DNA of 64,000 nucleotides, taken from Candidatus Hodarchaeota archaeon. GTDB lineage: Archaea > Asgardarchaeota > Lokiarchaeia > Sigyniarchaeales > SOKP01. The notes below the pieces were generated by a model. It was not told the origin of the DNA. It saw only the letters and a list, made by a program, of their open reading frames with translations, and made no database searches. The position numbers and the translations under genes are program-made. Shown piece after piece: positions 1-9,020 of this stretch. Where the stretch lies: contig JBHLKM010000001.1 of the NCBI GenBank assembly GCA_048886685.1, positions 64,001 to 128,000 on the forward strand, written 5' to 3'. How positions within the stretch are numbered: position 1 is the first letter of the stretch; each line of letters begins with the position of its first letter.

Positions 1-899
1 ATCTCCTTTATGTCCAAACCGCATTTATTTAGAAGGCTTCTAGGTTCCTTGAATAAAGGTCCATTCTTATATTTTCTCCCGAGTCGACAGGGATCATGAT
101 AAGTAATTGTTTTATTCAAAGGTTTTAAGGAAATCTTACCTTCACTTTCTAATTCATAAATAACCTCAATAATATGTTTTACATTTATCTTGTAATCATT
201 AAAATATTTCCGATAGACCTTATCGAAGGCATATAAACAACCCCCGCATGTAACGACCAAATTTTTTATTCCAATTCTCTTAAACAGATCAATATTTTCT
301 TTAAAAATTGTTTTTGCTGTATCAAGATTTCCAGCAGAATATATATATTCTCCACAGCATGGTTCATTTTCTAAAATTTTAAAATTATAACCCGCAAGTT
401 TCAATATCTCATACGGGGTACTTGCACTTTCTTTTACTCGAAATGATGACATACAACCAAAAAAAAGTAAGGTATCAGAGTTACTCTTCTCAAAAACTTC
501 TTTATTTTTATATTGCTCTGGTAACCAATCTAATCGTTCTTCTGGTTTTCCTCCAACCGAATTGTCATTTTCAATGATTCCTTTTATAATCTTACTGTGG
601 ATCTCCAATGGAGCTTTATTTTGCTCAACTAATTTAATTTTTGAAGAATGAATGATATCTGCTATAGAAATAGATTGTTGGCAGACTAAATCACAAGATG
701 CACATAAAGTACACGTGTAGATGCCTAGAATTTCTTCATCATTTATAGTTCCATTATTAAATATCTTTTCTGCAATCTTTAATCTCCCATTTGGAGATTT
801 AAATTCTTCCTTCGTGACTTTATATGTATCACAAACCTCTAAACATGATCTACAATCCATACAGGTCTGAATCTCATTCAAAATATCCTTATCCTGCAT
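1..899 (-). CDS. Fe-S oxidoreductase, HdrD/GlpC-like with CCG domains (runs off the left edge)
   Basis: Not in the ORF track. Manual translation from ATG at 899: MQDKDILNEIQTCMDCRSCLEVC...YTCTLCASCDLVC...LLFFGC...EPCCG...VTCGGC...TYHDPCRLGR, i.e. two 4Fe-4S motifs plus CCG-domain motifs. Confidence 0.85.
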   Translation of the reverse strand, partial: MQDKDILNEIQTCMDCRSCLEVCDTYKVTKEEFKSPNGRLKIAEKIFNNGTINDEEILGIYTCTLCASCDLVCQQSISIADIIHSSKIKLVEQNKAPLEIHSKIIKGIIENDNSVGGKPEERLDWLPEQYKNKEVFEKSNSDTLLFFGCMSSFRVKESASTPYEILKLAGYNFKILENEPCCGEYIYSAGNLDTAKTIFKENIDLFKRIGIKNLVVTCGGCLYAFDKVYRKYFNDYKINVKHIIEVIYELESEGKISLKPLNKTITYHDPCRLGRKYKNGPLFKEPRSLLNKCGLDIKE

Positions 900-1010
900 T
901 AATTTAGTCCAATTTTGAAGATATAATGAATTTTGAATATATAATAAAATAATAATTTATCATTAAAGTTTAAGGTCATCGAAAAAAATAAAGTAAATTG
1001 AAGATATGCT

Positions 1011-1556
1011 TTGATTATGAGAAATAACTTAGTCTCAGATGAAACAAAAAAAGTTTATATTAATCGATTTAACATCATGCAAAAGAATCGTAATACTCTT
1101 GAAGGAGATAAATTGTTTCTAGCCAAGGTAATTGCTGTTTCAGAACAAATAGATAACTTGCATGTAAAAGCAACTGTTGGGAATTTTGTAATTGAAAATG
1201 ACGGACCTAAAGATTTAGGAGGATCAGGGACCATTCCAGGACCCATGCCAATGTTTCTAGCAAGTATGGCAAACTGTTTAGAAATAACAGCTCTACTTTA
1301 TCTGTCATTGTCAAATTTGAAAGTAGATTCTATAAAAGTAAAAGTTGAAGCAATGCATGATAAAAGAGCTGCGCTTAATCCAAATAAAGAGCCTCTGCCT
1401 GGTTTCTTTGATATTAAATATAAGTGGTATATTACTACAGACGAGAATTTAAAAAAAGTCGATCGAATTCTCCAAAAAGTAGAAGAAGTATGTCCAGTAA
1501 AGGGAACTTTTAATAAACATCACAAATTCCAGAGAGAAATTTATTTGGTCAAATAA
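1011..1556 (+). CDS. OsmC/Ohr-family protein
   Basis: DGPKDLGGSGTIPGPMPMFLASMANC...EEVCPV, the two-Cys OsmC-like pattern. Confidence 0.85.
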   Translation: MIMRNNLVSDETKKVYINRFNIMQKNRNTLEGDKLFLAKVIAVSEQIDNLHVKATVGNFVIENDGPKDLGGSGTIPGPMPMFLASMANCLEITALLYLSLSNLKVDSIKVKVEAMHDKRAALNPNKEPLPGFFDIKYKWYITTDENLKKVDRILQKVEEVCPVKGTFNKHHKFQREIYLVK

Positions 1557-1644
1557 AGCTTATAGATCATAATAATTAGCTTTAAAAAAAATTCTTAAGT
1601 GTTATATTATATAAATTTAAGAAAGATTTGTAGAAACATAAATT

Positions 1645-4041
1645 TTGGTAAAAGAAATGAAGCGAGTAATAATAATTGGTGGAGTTGCTGGTGGTGCTTC
1701 AGCCGCAGCGCGTTTAAGGCGGTTAAAAGAAGATTTTGAAATTATAATGTTAGATAAAGGTCCATATGTTTCATTTGCAAATTGTGGGCTTCCATATTAT
1801 ATTGGAAATGTAATTAAAGATCGCGAATCCTTAGAATTGGTGACCCCTGAGAGATTTCTTGAAAGGTTTAAAATCGACGTTAGGGTAAACAACGAGGTAA
1901 TGTCAATAAATAGAGAAAAAAAGAAGATTGATGTCAGAGATTTAAAAACTAATGAAAATTATAAGCTTGAATATGATTATCTGATCCTGGCAACTGGTTC
2001 GAAACCAATTGTTCCACCTTTCAAAGGTCTTGAAGATGTCCCACATTTTACTGTGTGGACAATTCCAGATGCTGTAAAAATAAGGCAATATGTTGAAGAA
2101 TCACATATAAATAAAGCTGTTATCGTTGGAGGAGGATTTATAGGGTTAGAGATGGCTGAAAACTTAGTAGAGAAAGGTGTAAGAGTAAAAATAGTTGAAA
2201 TGTTAGATCAAGTTATGCCCCCTATTGATAAGGAAATGGCGCAGTTTATTCATCAAGAATTGATTTTAAATGGAGTATGTCTTGTTTTAGAAGATCCCGT
2301 CGACTCTTTTGGAAGAGCTGAGGGTGATAAACCTTTTGTCAAAACTAAAAGTGACAATATAATCGAGACAGATTTAATTATTTTGTCCATAGGGATTAGA
2401 CCTCAAAGCGAGCTAGCTAAAAATACTGGTTTAGAAATGTCAGAAAGAGGTTATGTGAAAGTCAATAAAAGAATGCAAACATCTGATCCAAATATATATG
2501 CTGTAGGAGATGTCGTTCAAGTGCAACATTTTCAAACTCAAAACCCGATATCAATGGCTTTGGCAGGTCCAGCAAATAAACAAGGAAGAATAGCAGCCGA
2601 CAACATTGCTGGAAGAAATTCAGAATATAAAGGTGTTTTAGGTGCTTCAGTTGTTAAGATTTTTGATATAACCGTTGCAGCAGTAGGTTTGACTGAAAAA
2701 CAATTGAAAAACCTAGATATCAAATATGATAAGATCTACATCCATCCAAACAATCATGCTGGGTATTATCCTGGAGCAACTCCAATGGCTTTCAAATTAA
2801 TATTTGAGGTTCCTTCTGGTAAAATTTTGGGTGCTCAAATAGTTGGAGGGCAAGGAAGTGAAAAAAGGATTGATGTGTTATCAACCATTATCAAATTGGG
2901 GGGAGACGTCTTTGATCTAGAAGAATTAGAATTAACTTATGCTCCACCGTATGGTTCAGCAAAAGATCCTGTAAATATGGCAGGATTTGTTGCAGCGAAT
3001 TATCTCAGAAAGGATATGCCTATTTGGCATTGGCATGATTTTAGTGATATAACAAATAATGGGGGATTATTATTGGATGTCAGAACCAAAGAAGAATTTG
3101 CCGCACGAACTATTGAAGGTTCGGTAAATATTCCAATCGAGGAGCTGAGAAATCGATTGGATGAGCTTGTGATAGATAAACCTATTTATGTATTCTGTGA
3201 AGTTGGATATAGGAGTTATCTGGCATTAAGAATTCTTTTACAGAGTGGTTTTAACGATGTATATGAATTAACAGGAGGTTTCAAAATTTTTGAGATGGCC
3301 AATGCTACTACAGAAGAAATTATGGCTGCGTGTGGTGGATCGGAAAATGTAATCGAAGAATTTGTTCATGAAAAAGCTTCTGAAAGCGAAGATTATGTAG
3401 AAATTGATGCGTGTGGACTTTCATGCCCAGGACCATTGAATGTGTTAATTAAAGGTCTTGAAGAATTGCCAGAAAATAAGAAATTAAAAGTATATGCTAC
3501 AGACCCCGGATTTAAATCTAGTGTTGAGGCGTATTCTAAATTAAATGAAGCTGTAAAATTGTTACATCTTGGAAAAGAAGAAGGAATGTTGGTTGCTATC
3601 TTAGAAAAGATTCAACCTATTGAAGTTATAACACCTGTTAAAAAGAAAACTAGAAAAGAATTACGTCCTCCCGATGCCCCTCCAGTATCAAATATCAGTG
3701 CTGATGAACTTTTTCAACGGATTGGTACCGAAGATGAACCAGCACTTATGATTGATGTTCGAACTCCCCAAGAATATCAAGGACCGAATGGTCATATTAA
3801 AAATACGAAATTAATTCCTCTAGGAGAGTTAATGAATAATCCAAATGCAATCAAGGACTATAAAAATGAGGAAATAATAGCAATCTGTCATTCTGGTTCT
3901 CGTTCTATGATGGCTGGTCAAATTCTAGCTCAAGCGGGATTTAAAGATATTAGAAATTTAACCGGGGGGATGATGACATGGCACAAGAAAGGTTATCCCG
4001 CAGAACTCGAAAAAAAAGGAATGACAGAGACTTATTATTAA
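1645..4041 (+). CDS. cdr: CoA-disulfide/persulfide reductase fused to rhodanese, TusA and a second rhodanese domain
   Basis: GGVAGG FAD motif, SFANCGLPY active site, GGGFIGLE, YAPPY; rhodanese CEVGYR; TusA-like DACGLSCPGP; second rhodanese CHSGSR. Confidence 0.9.
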   Translation: MVKEMKRVIIIGGVAGGASAAARLRRLKEDFEIIMLDKGPYVSFANCGLPYYIGNVIKDRESLELVTPERFLERFKIDVRVNNEVMSINREKKKIDVRDLKTNENYKLEYDYLILATGSKPIVPPFKGLEDVPHFTVWTIPDAVKIRQYVEESHINKAVIVGGGFIGLEMAENLVEKGVRVKIVEMLDQVMPPIDKEMAQFIHQELILNGVCLVLEDPVDSFGRAEGDKPFVKTKSDNIIETDLIILSIGIRPQSELAKNTGLEMSERGYVKVNKRMQTSDPNIYAVGDVVQVQHFQTQNPISMALAGPANKQGRIAADNIAGRNSEYKGVLGASVVKIFDITVAAVGLTEKQLKNLDIKYDKIYIHPNNHAGYYPGATPMAFKLIFEVPSGKILGAQIVGGQGSEKRIDVLSTIIKLGGDVFDLEELELTYAPPYGSAKDPVNMAGFVAANYLRKDMPIWHWHDFSDITNNGGLLLDVRTKEEFAARTIEGSVNIPIEELRNRLDELVIDKPIYVFCEVGYRSYLALRILLQSGFNDVYELTGGFKIFEMANATTEEIMAACGGSENVIEEFVHEKASESEDYVEIDACGLSCPGPLNVLIKGLEELPENKKLKVYATDPGFKSSVEAYSKLNEAVKLLHLGKEEGMLVAILEKIQPIEVITPVKKKTRKELRPPDAPPVSNISADELFQRIGTEDEPALMIDVRTPQEYQGPNGHIKNTKLIPLGELMNNPNAIKDYKNEEIIAICHSGSRSMMAGQILAQAGFKDIRNLTGGMMTWHKKGYPAELEKKGMTETYY

Positions 4042-4067
4042 TCAATTCTTTTTCTATTTTTCTTTAA

Positions 4068-4110
4068 ATTATAAGTAAAAAAGTTAAAAAAAAGGCGAAA
4101 CGTTATAAAT
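4068..4110 (+). promoter_or_regulatory. Conserved 43-bp upstream element with TTATAA box, upstream of rubrerythrin
   Basis: 35/43 ungapped identity (hand count) with 5744-5786 upstream of desulfoferrodoxin. Confidence 0.6.
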
Positions 4111-4166
4111 CCAACGGGATTCATTTATTACGAATATTCCAATAAACAAAAAAAGAGGTAAAAATT

Positions 4167-4757
4167 ATGAAAGAAACTGCTAAGAAATTATTTACAGCAT
4201 ATGTTGGAGAAAGTCAAGCCCGAAATAGATATACCTTCTTTTCAAAAATCGCTAAGAAAGAAGGCTATGTGTTAGTATCTGAGGTTTTTCTTGAAACAGC
4301 TGACCAAGAAAGAGAACATGGTAGCTGGTTTTATAAGATGCTTCAAGGTTTTAAGAAAGAAGAAGATTTTGATGAAATGAAAGTATTCCCCGATGCAGAA
4401 TTTCCAACAACTCATGGAACTACAGTTGAAAATCTAAAATCCGCAATAGCCGGGGAAAATTTGGAATGGCAAACCCTATATCCTGATATAGCTGAAACTG
4501 CTGAAAAAGAAGGATATCCTGATATTTCTGTTAGAGTAGAAGCAATTATCAAAGCTGAGAGGCATCATTCTGAGAGATATGGAAAACTTTTAAAACTAAT
4601 TGGTGATGATGCATTCTTTAAACGAGGAGAGAAGGTGGTATGGGTGTGTATGGAATGCGGTTATGAAGTAGAAATGGATGAGATCCCGCCTGATTTTCGC
4701 TGTCCTTCCTGTGATCATCCGAGATCATATTATCGAAAGAAATGCGAGGATTTTTAA
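4167..4757 (+). CDS. rbr: Rubrerythrin
   Basis: GESQARNRY, EREH, ERHH diiron motifs; C-terminal CMECG...CPSC rubredoxin-like site. Confidence 0.95.
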   Translation: MKETAKKLFTAYVGESQARNRYTFFSKIAKKEGYVLVSEVFLETADQEREHGSWFYKMLQGFKKEEDFDEMKVFPDAEFPTTHGTTVENLKSAIAGENLEWQTLYPDIAETAEKEGYPDISVRVEAIIKAERHHSERYGKLLKLIGDDAFFKRGEKVVWVCMECGYEVEMDEIPPDFRCPSCDHPRSYYRKKCEDF

Positions 4758-4764
4758 ACTTATA

Positions 4765-5007
4765 TTAATTTGTTCCTATTTTTTTTTTAATAATCAATTC
4801 TTTTAAGGAATATTCAATAACATCTAGTATATCATGAAGAATAATCAATAGAAGACTTTCACCCGTGGATTGAGACTTTGATACCTCTTTAAACCTATTA
4901 TGGATAAAACTCAAAAATATTTTATGAGTGGGGGATTTTGGTCCCTTCCAAATAAAAATTCTTCTCAATTCTTCACGAATAATTGCGAATACTTGCTCTG
5001 GATGCAA
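4765..5007 (-). CDS. Hypothetical small protein (uncertain)
   Basis: 80-codon ORF occupying an intergenic gap; no motif recognised. Confidence 0.3.
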   Translation of the reverse strand: MHPEQVFAIIREELRRIFIWKGPKSPTHKIFLSFIHNRFKEVSKSQSTGESLLLIILHDILDVIEYSLKELIIKKKIGTN

Positions 5008-5226
5008 ATCTAGGATTAAAACAGGAGTTTCTTGTGAAACTTAAATTTTATACTAAAAACTTTGAGTTCATTGAAGCTATTATAGAAATTCATTACATTC
5101 TTTAATGGAAAATAAATTCTGACAAAATAATCTTTCAAAACTTTTATAGATGGATTTAAATGTAAATCAGAAAAAGATAACAATGTTATAAGGTATTTTG
5201 AGATTTAGAAAATATTATATTAAATT

Positions 5227-5640
5227 ATGGAACTGAACGAATATTTTGAAGAAGGCAAAGATAAGGAAGAGAATGTAAAGAAAAATTTAAAAACATTATT
5301 GAACACGTTTTTAAATAGAAATCCAAAAAGTGATGCTGCTGCCATTGTAACAAATGAGGGCCTTCCAATTATTTCTAGTATCTCTCATCGGTTAGATGAA
5401 GTAAAAATATCTACAATGGCAGCAACATTATTTTCTTTATCAAATATGGCTATTGATGATATGGTACTAGGCGAATTCAAAGAACTTTATATTAAAGGAA
5501 AAGATGGCTATTTATTTATTTTTCAGGCGGATCCAAGTGTAATTTTTATGGTTTCCGCTGGTATTGATATTAAACTTAGATTATTTATTTTTGAGTGTGA
5601 ACAAATTTGTAAAAAGATTGCAAAATTATTCTCACATTAA
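5227..5640 (+). CDS. Roadblock/LC7 domain protein
   Basis: AAAIVTNEGLPIISS...ISTMAATLFSLS...LGEFKELYIKGKDGYLFI, typical roadblock pattern. Confidence 0.85.
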   Translation: MELNEYFEEGKDKEENVKKNLKTLLNTFLNRNPKSDAAAIVTNEGLPIISSISHRLDEVKISTMAATLFSLSNMAIDDMVLGEFKELYIKGKDGYLFIFQADPSVIFMVSAGIDIKLRLFIFECEQICKKIAKLFSH

Positions 5641-5743
5641 ATAAGAGAGCTGTTAAATTTCTATAAATGCCTTAGTAAGAAAAAATTATTAAGATTTTTG
5701 AAAAATAGTTGCTATCAATTTAGAAGACTGTTTAAGTGTTTAG

Positions 5744-5786
5744 ATTATAAGTAAAAATGTTAAAAATAAGATGAGATATTATAAGT
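5744..5786 (+). promoter_or_regulatory. Second copy of the 43-bp upstream element, upstream of desulfoferrodoxin
   Basis: attataagtaaaaatgttaaaaataagatgagatattataagt matches 4068-4110. Confidence 0.6.
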
Positions 5787-5931
5787 TAACAATATTGAAA
5801 ATTCATACATACTAAAGAAAAAAATGTGAAGATTTCTAAAGAAAACAATAAATCTTTAATTTAAAATCAAAATTTTTAAAAATCAAAATAGATGATTTAA
5901 ACAACAACAGAAATAAGATCTGTGAAGTAAT

Positions 5932-6336
5932 ATGGAACAACAACAAATTTTGGCAAACATTTGGAAGTGTAATATTTGTGGAAAAATAATTGAAGTCCTT
6001 AATCCAGCCGCTCCTGAAACCATTTGTTGCGGACAACCAATGGTTTTAATGGAAGAGCAGACCGCTGAATGGAAAGGTGAGAAACACGTTCCCAAGATTA
6101 CGATTGATGGTAATAAAGTTACTGTCGATGTAGGAATATCTATGGGGACTCCACATCCTATGACAGAAGAACACTACATCATGTGGATTGAGCTTATCTG
6201 TAAAGATAACTGTTATAAAAGGCAAATGTTATCCCCTGGTATGGAACCTAAAGCAACTTTTATGGTTGCGGATACAAGTGGGTTAAAAGCGTACGAATTC
6301 TGTAATTTGCACGGTCTGTGGTTGGGAACAGAATAA
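5932..6336 (+). CDS. dfx: Desulfoferrodoxin (2Fe superoxide reductase)
   Basis: CNICG...CCG desulforedoxin domain; EKHVP, HPMTEEHYI, CNLHGLW SOR ligands. Confidence 0.95.
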   Translation: MEQQQILANIWKCNICGKIIEVLNPAAPETICCGQPMVLMEEQTAEWKGEKHVPKITIDGNKVTVDVGISMGTPHPMTEEHYIMWIELICKDNCYKRQMLSPGMEPKATFMVADTSGLKAYEFCNLHGLWLGTE

Positions 6337-6449
6337 ATTAAATTCTTTTTTTTTATTTTTTAAATATTTTAAAATAATGTAATTTTAAGATGATTAAACC
6401 CAATTATTATTATTAAAATTAAACAAATTTTCTGTAGTTTAATGCAATA

Positions 6450-7814
6450 ATGATTTTGTTTTTACGATTATTTGTAATCTTTTGTTTTGTTATTGTTATT
6501 ATAGCCCTTTTTCGTGAAAAAACAGATTTTTTAACATATAGCGTGGCAGCTATGCTTGTGGCAGCTACCGCTACTTACCTTTTCTCACCCGAGCCTGTTA
6601 CTATTGAAGAATTAATTATTGAGATTGACTGGCCTGTTATTTTCTTCTTAATATCTTTATTTACTATTGTGGTTATTTTAGAAGAACAGCTTATTTTTCA
6701 AGAAATAGCATTAAGAATTACCAAGAAATTCCATACAAACACTCGTCAGTTTTTTTGGGTGATTTGTTCAATTTCTACCTTAAGCGCAGCTTTTATTGAG
6801 GATGTTTCTGTAGCTGTTATATTTATTCCTATGATTATTAGTACAAGTGAAAAGATGAGGATTAATCCTACTCCAATACTTCTCGGAATGACTATTTGCA
6901 TTAATCTTGCTGCAACTTTGACACCATTTGGTTCTGCACAAAATATTCTGATAGCAGATAAATTTGATATTTCAACTAGCTGGTTTTTTACGAATTTATC
7001 GGTATATTTCATTATAGGTACATTACTAACGCTATTCCTTTTAGATTATTTCGTTCTTAGAAAGCACCTTAATGAAATTTGGGTTCCACACTGTGAAGAA
7101 TATGATGAGCCTTTAGAGAGCGAAGACCTTGAAGAACACGAGCTGATAATCTTAGAGGACTCAATTAATTCTAAAGTTTTTTATCGTAATATAGTTGCTT
7201 TATTCTTCTTTTTCATATTGTTAATAATTATCCCAAATATTTTGTTTGTAGGTCTTTTGGGAATGTTATTATTTGTATTTATTAATCCACGTAGGAGTGA
7301 ATCCGGTAAAAGAAAACCGGACATTTCTTATTATTTTACAAAAGTTGATTTTAAATTACCATTCTTTTTTATATGTTTGTTTGTCCTTATATTTTGTTTT
7401 GAAGAGGTGGGACTTATTGATATTATATCAGATTTTGTAGTTAATATAACACCTAACAACATTTTCTTACTATGTGTGATGATATTAATCTCAACCTCTT
7501 TACTCTCAGCATTTCTTGATAATGTTCCAGTTACGGTTCTTTTTATACCGATAATAAATGTTTTGATAGACCCATTAGGACTTGGTTTTTCACAGATTCC
7601 CTTGTTAATAGCATTTATATTAGGAATAAATTTAGGGGGAAATTTCTTGCCTCAGGGAAGCGCAGCAGATATGATGACACTTGATTTATCAACTAAATAT
7701 TGTGTTGAAGGGATGAATTATAGGAAATTATTGAAGATAGGAGGTTTATTTGCCCTCTTACATATCATCTTAGGAATAGGATATCTCGCATTAATAATTT
7801 TTATTTTCTTTTAA
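6450..7814 (+). CDS. ArsB/NhaD/CitMHS (SLC13-like) ion transporter
   Basis: Multi-TM protein; TPFGSAQN, SAFLDNVP and NLGGNFLPQGSAA repeats of the IT superfamily. Confidence 0.8.
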   Translation: MILFLRLFVIFCFVIVIIALFREKTDFLTYSVAAMLVAATATYLFSPEPVTIEELIIEIDWPVIFFLISLFTIVVILEEQLIFQEIALRITKKFHTNTRQFFWVICSISTLSAAFIEDVSVAVIFIPMIISTSEKMRINPTPILLGMTICINLAATLTPFGSAQNILIADKFDISTSWFFTNLSVYFIIGTLLTLFLLDYFVLRKHLNEIWVPHCEEYDEPLESEDLEEHELIILEDSINSKVFYRNIVALFFFFILLIIIPNILFVGLLGMLLFVFINPRRSESGKRKPDISYYFTKVDFKLPFFFICLFVLIFCFEEVGLIDIISDFVVNITPNNIFLLCVMILISTSLLSAFLDNVPVTVLFIPIINVLIDPLGLGFSQIPLLIAFILGINLGGNFLPQGSAADMMTLDLSTKYCVEGMNYRKLLKIGGLFALLHIILGIGYLALIIFIFF

Positions 7815-7858
7815 GAATTACTTGAAATAGAGAAAAATTTTAAGTCATTGTAAAAAGA

Positions 7859-8407
7859 ATGAAGAAACTAAAAGCAATCCTCTTAGATAGAGATGGAACC
7901 TTAATTGAAGATAAAAACTATGCGTATAAAATCGAGGATTTTGAAATCCTGCCAGGAGTTATTAAAGGTCTTAGAAAGCTTCAGAAAGAGTTTATATTCA
8001 TTATTATAACAAATCAATCAGGAATAGGTAGAGGATACTACACGATAAAGGATTTTCATAATTTTAACTATCATTTAATTAGATTACTCAACAAGGAAAA
8101 TATTAAGATCCTTAAAACTTATTTTTGTCCTCATTTAAGAGAAGATGGATGTAAATGTAGGAAACCAAATACAAAATTTATTGATGAAGTTATTCGTGAT
8201 TTTAATGTCAACATTAAAGAATCGTGGATGATGGGTGATCATCCATCTGATATACAATTTGGGATAAATGCGGGCTGTAGAACTGTTTTTCTCACTACTG
8301 GACATGGTGACAAACATTTAGACGAATTAAAATCTCTTAAAATAAAACCTACGATAATTAGTAATAATTTTTTAGAAGCAGCAAAAGAAATTTTACGACT
8401 AGATTAA
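7859..8407 (+). CDS. gmhB: HAD-IIIA phosphatase, GmhB/HisB-like
   Basis: DRDGT, TNQSGIGRG, CPH...CKCRKP, MGD motifs. Confidence 0.85.
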   Translation: MKKLKAILLDRDGTLIEDKNYAYKIEDFEILPGVIKGLRKLQKEFIFIIITNQSGIGRGYYTIKDFHNFNYHLIRLLNKENIKILKTYFCPHLREDGCKCRKPNTKFIDEVIRDFNVNIKESWMMGDHPSDIQFGINAGCRTVFLTTGHGDKHLDELKSLKIKPTIISNNFLEAAKEILRLD

Positions 8408-8529
8408 TCTTGTAGCTTCAGTTTTATAAAATTCTGTGTATTTCTTAATTATCTTAAACGATTATTATAAAAATCTACATTTCTTTTATTCACTTAATAT
8501 ATTAGGTATGAATATATTTTGAGATTTGT

Positions 8530-9018
8530 ATGTATTATAGAAAATTAAATAATGCTGCAATGTGGAAAAATATTCAAAAGTTAAGAGATCTTATCAAATT
8601 AAAACCTATTTTCAAGGAACGGGTGTGTTGGAATTGTAGCAAAGATCTTAATATCTATGATTTTCTAAGCGATAACGTTGATTTTTCTCCTGAATATATC
8701 TTAAAACTGTGGCAAACTCCTATTTTAGAATTCCACTGCTGTGAATGTTTTAAAAATCTTAAAATTGATGAGCTTAAAAAAATTGAGCAAGAATTACCAA
8801 CACGAATTTGTCTGAACTGTAATGCTCTAATAGATATTTATAAATTTAGTAAATTTCATAACTATTTGAAAATCTACGAGTTAAGAAAATTGTGGTTAGA
8901 TACTAAATTTAATGTTTTCTGCGATAATCTATGTCAGCGTAAATACTTCAAAATATATTATGATTTTCTAAAAAAAAGAAAATTAGAAAAACAAAAAGAG
9001 TTACAAAAACAGATATAA
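8530..9018 (+). CDS. Hypothetical protein with two tandem Cys-rich (putative Zn-binding) repeats
   Basis: CWNC...KLW...CCEC and CLNC...KLW...CDNLC. Confidence 0.7.
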   Translation: MYYRKLNNAAMWKNIQKLRDLIKLKPIFKERVCWNCSKDLNIYDFLSDNVDFSPEYILKLWQTPILEFHCCECFKNLKIDELKKIEQELPTRICLNCNALIDIYKFSKFHNYLKIYELRKLWLDTKFNVFCDNLCQRKYFKIYYDFLKKRKLEKQKELQKQI

Positions 9019-9020
9019 TT

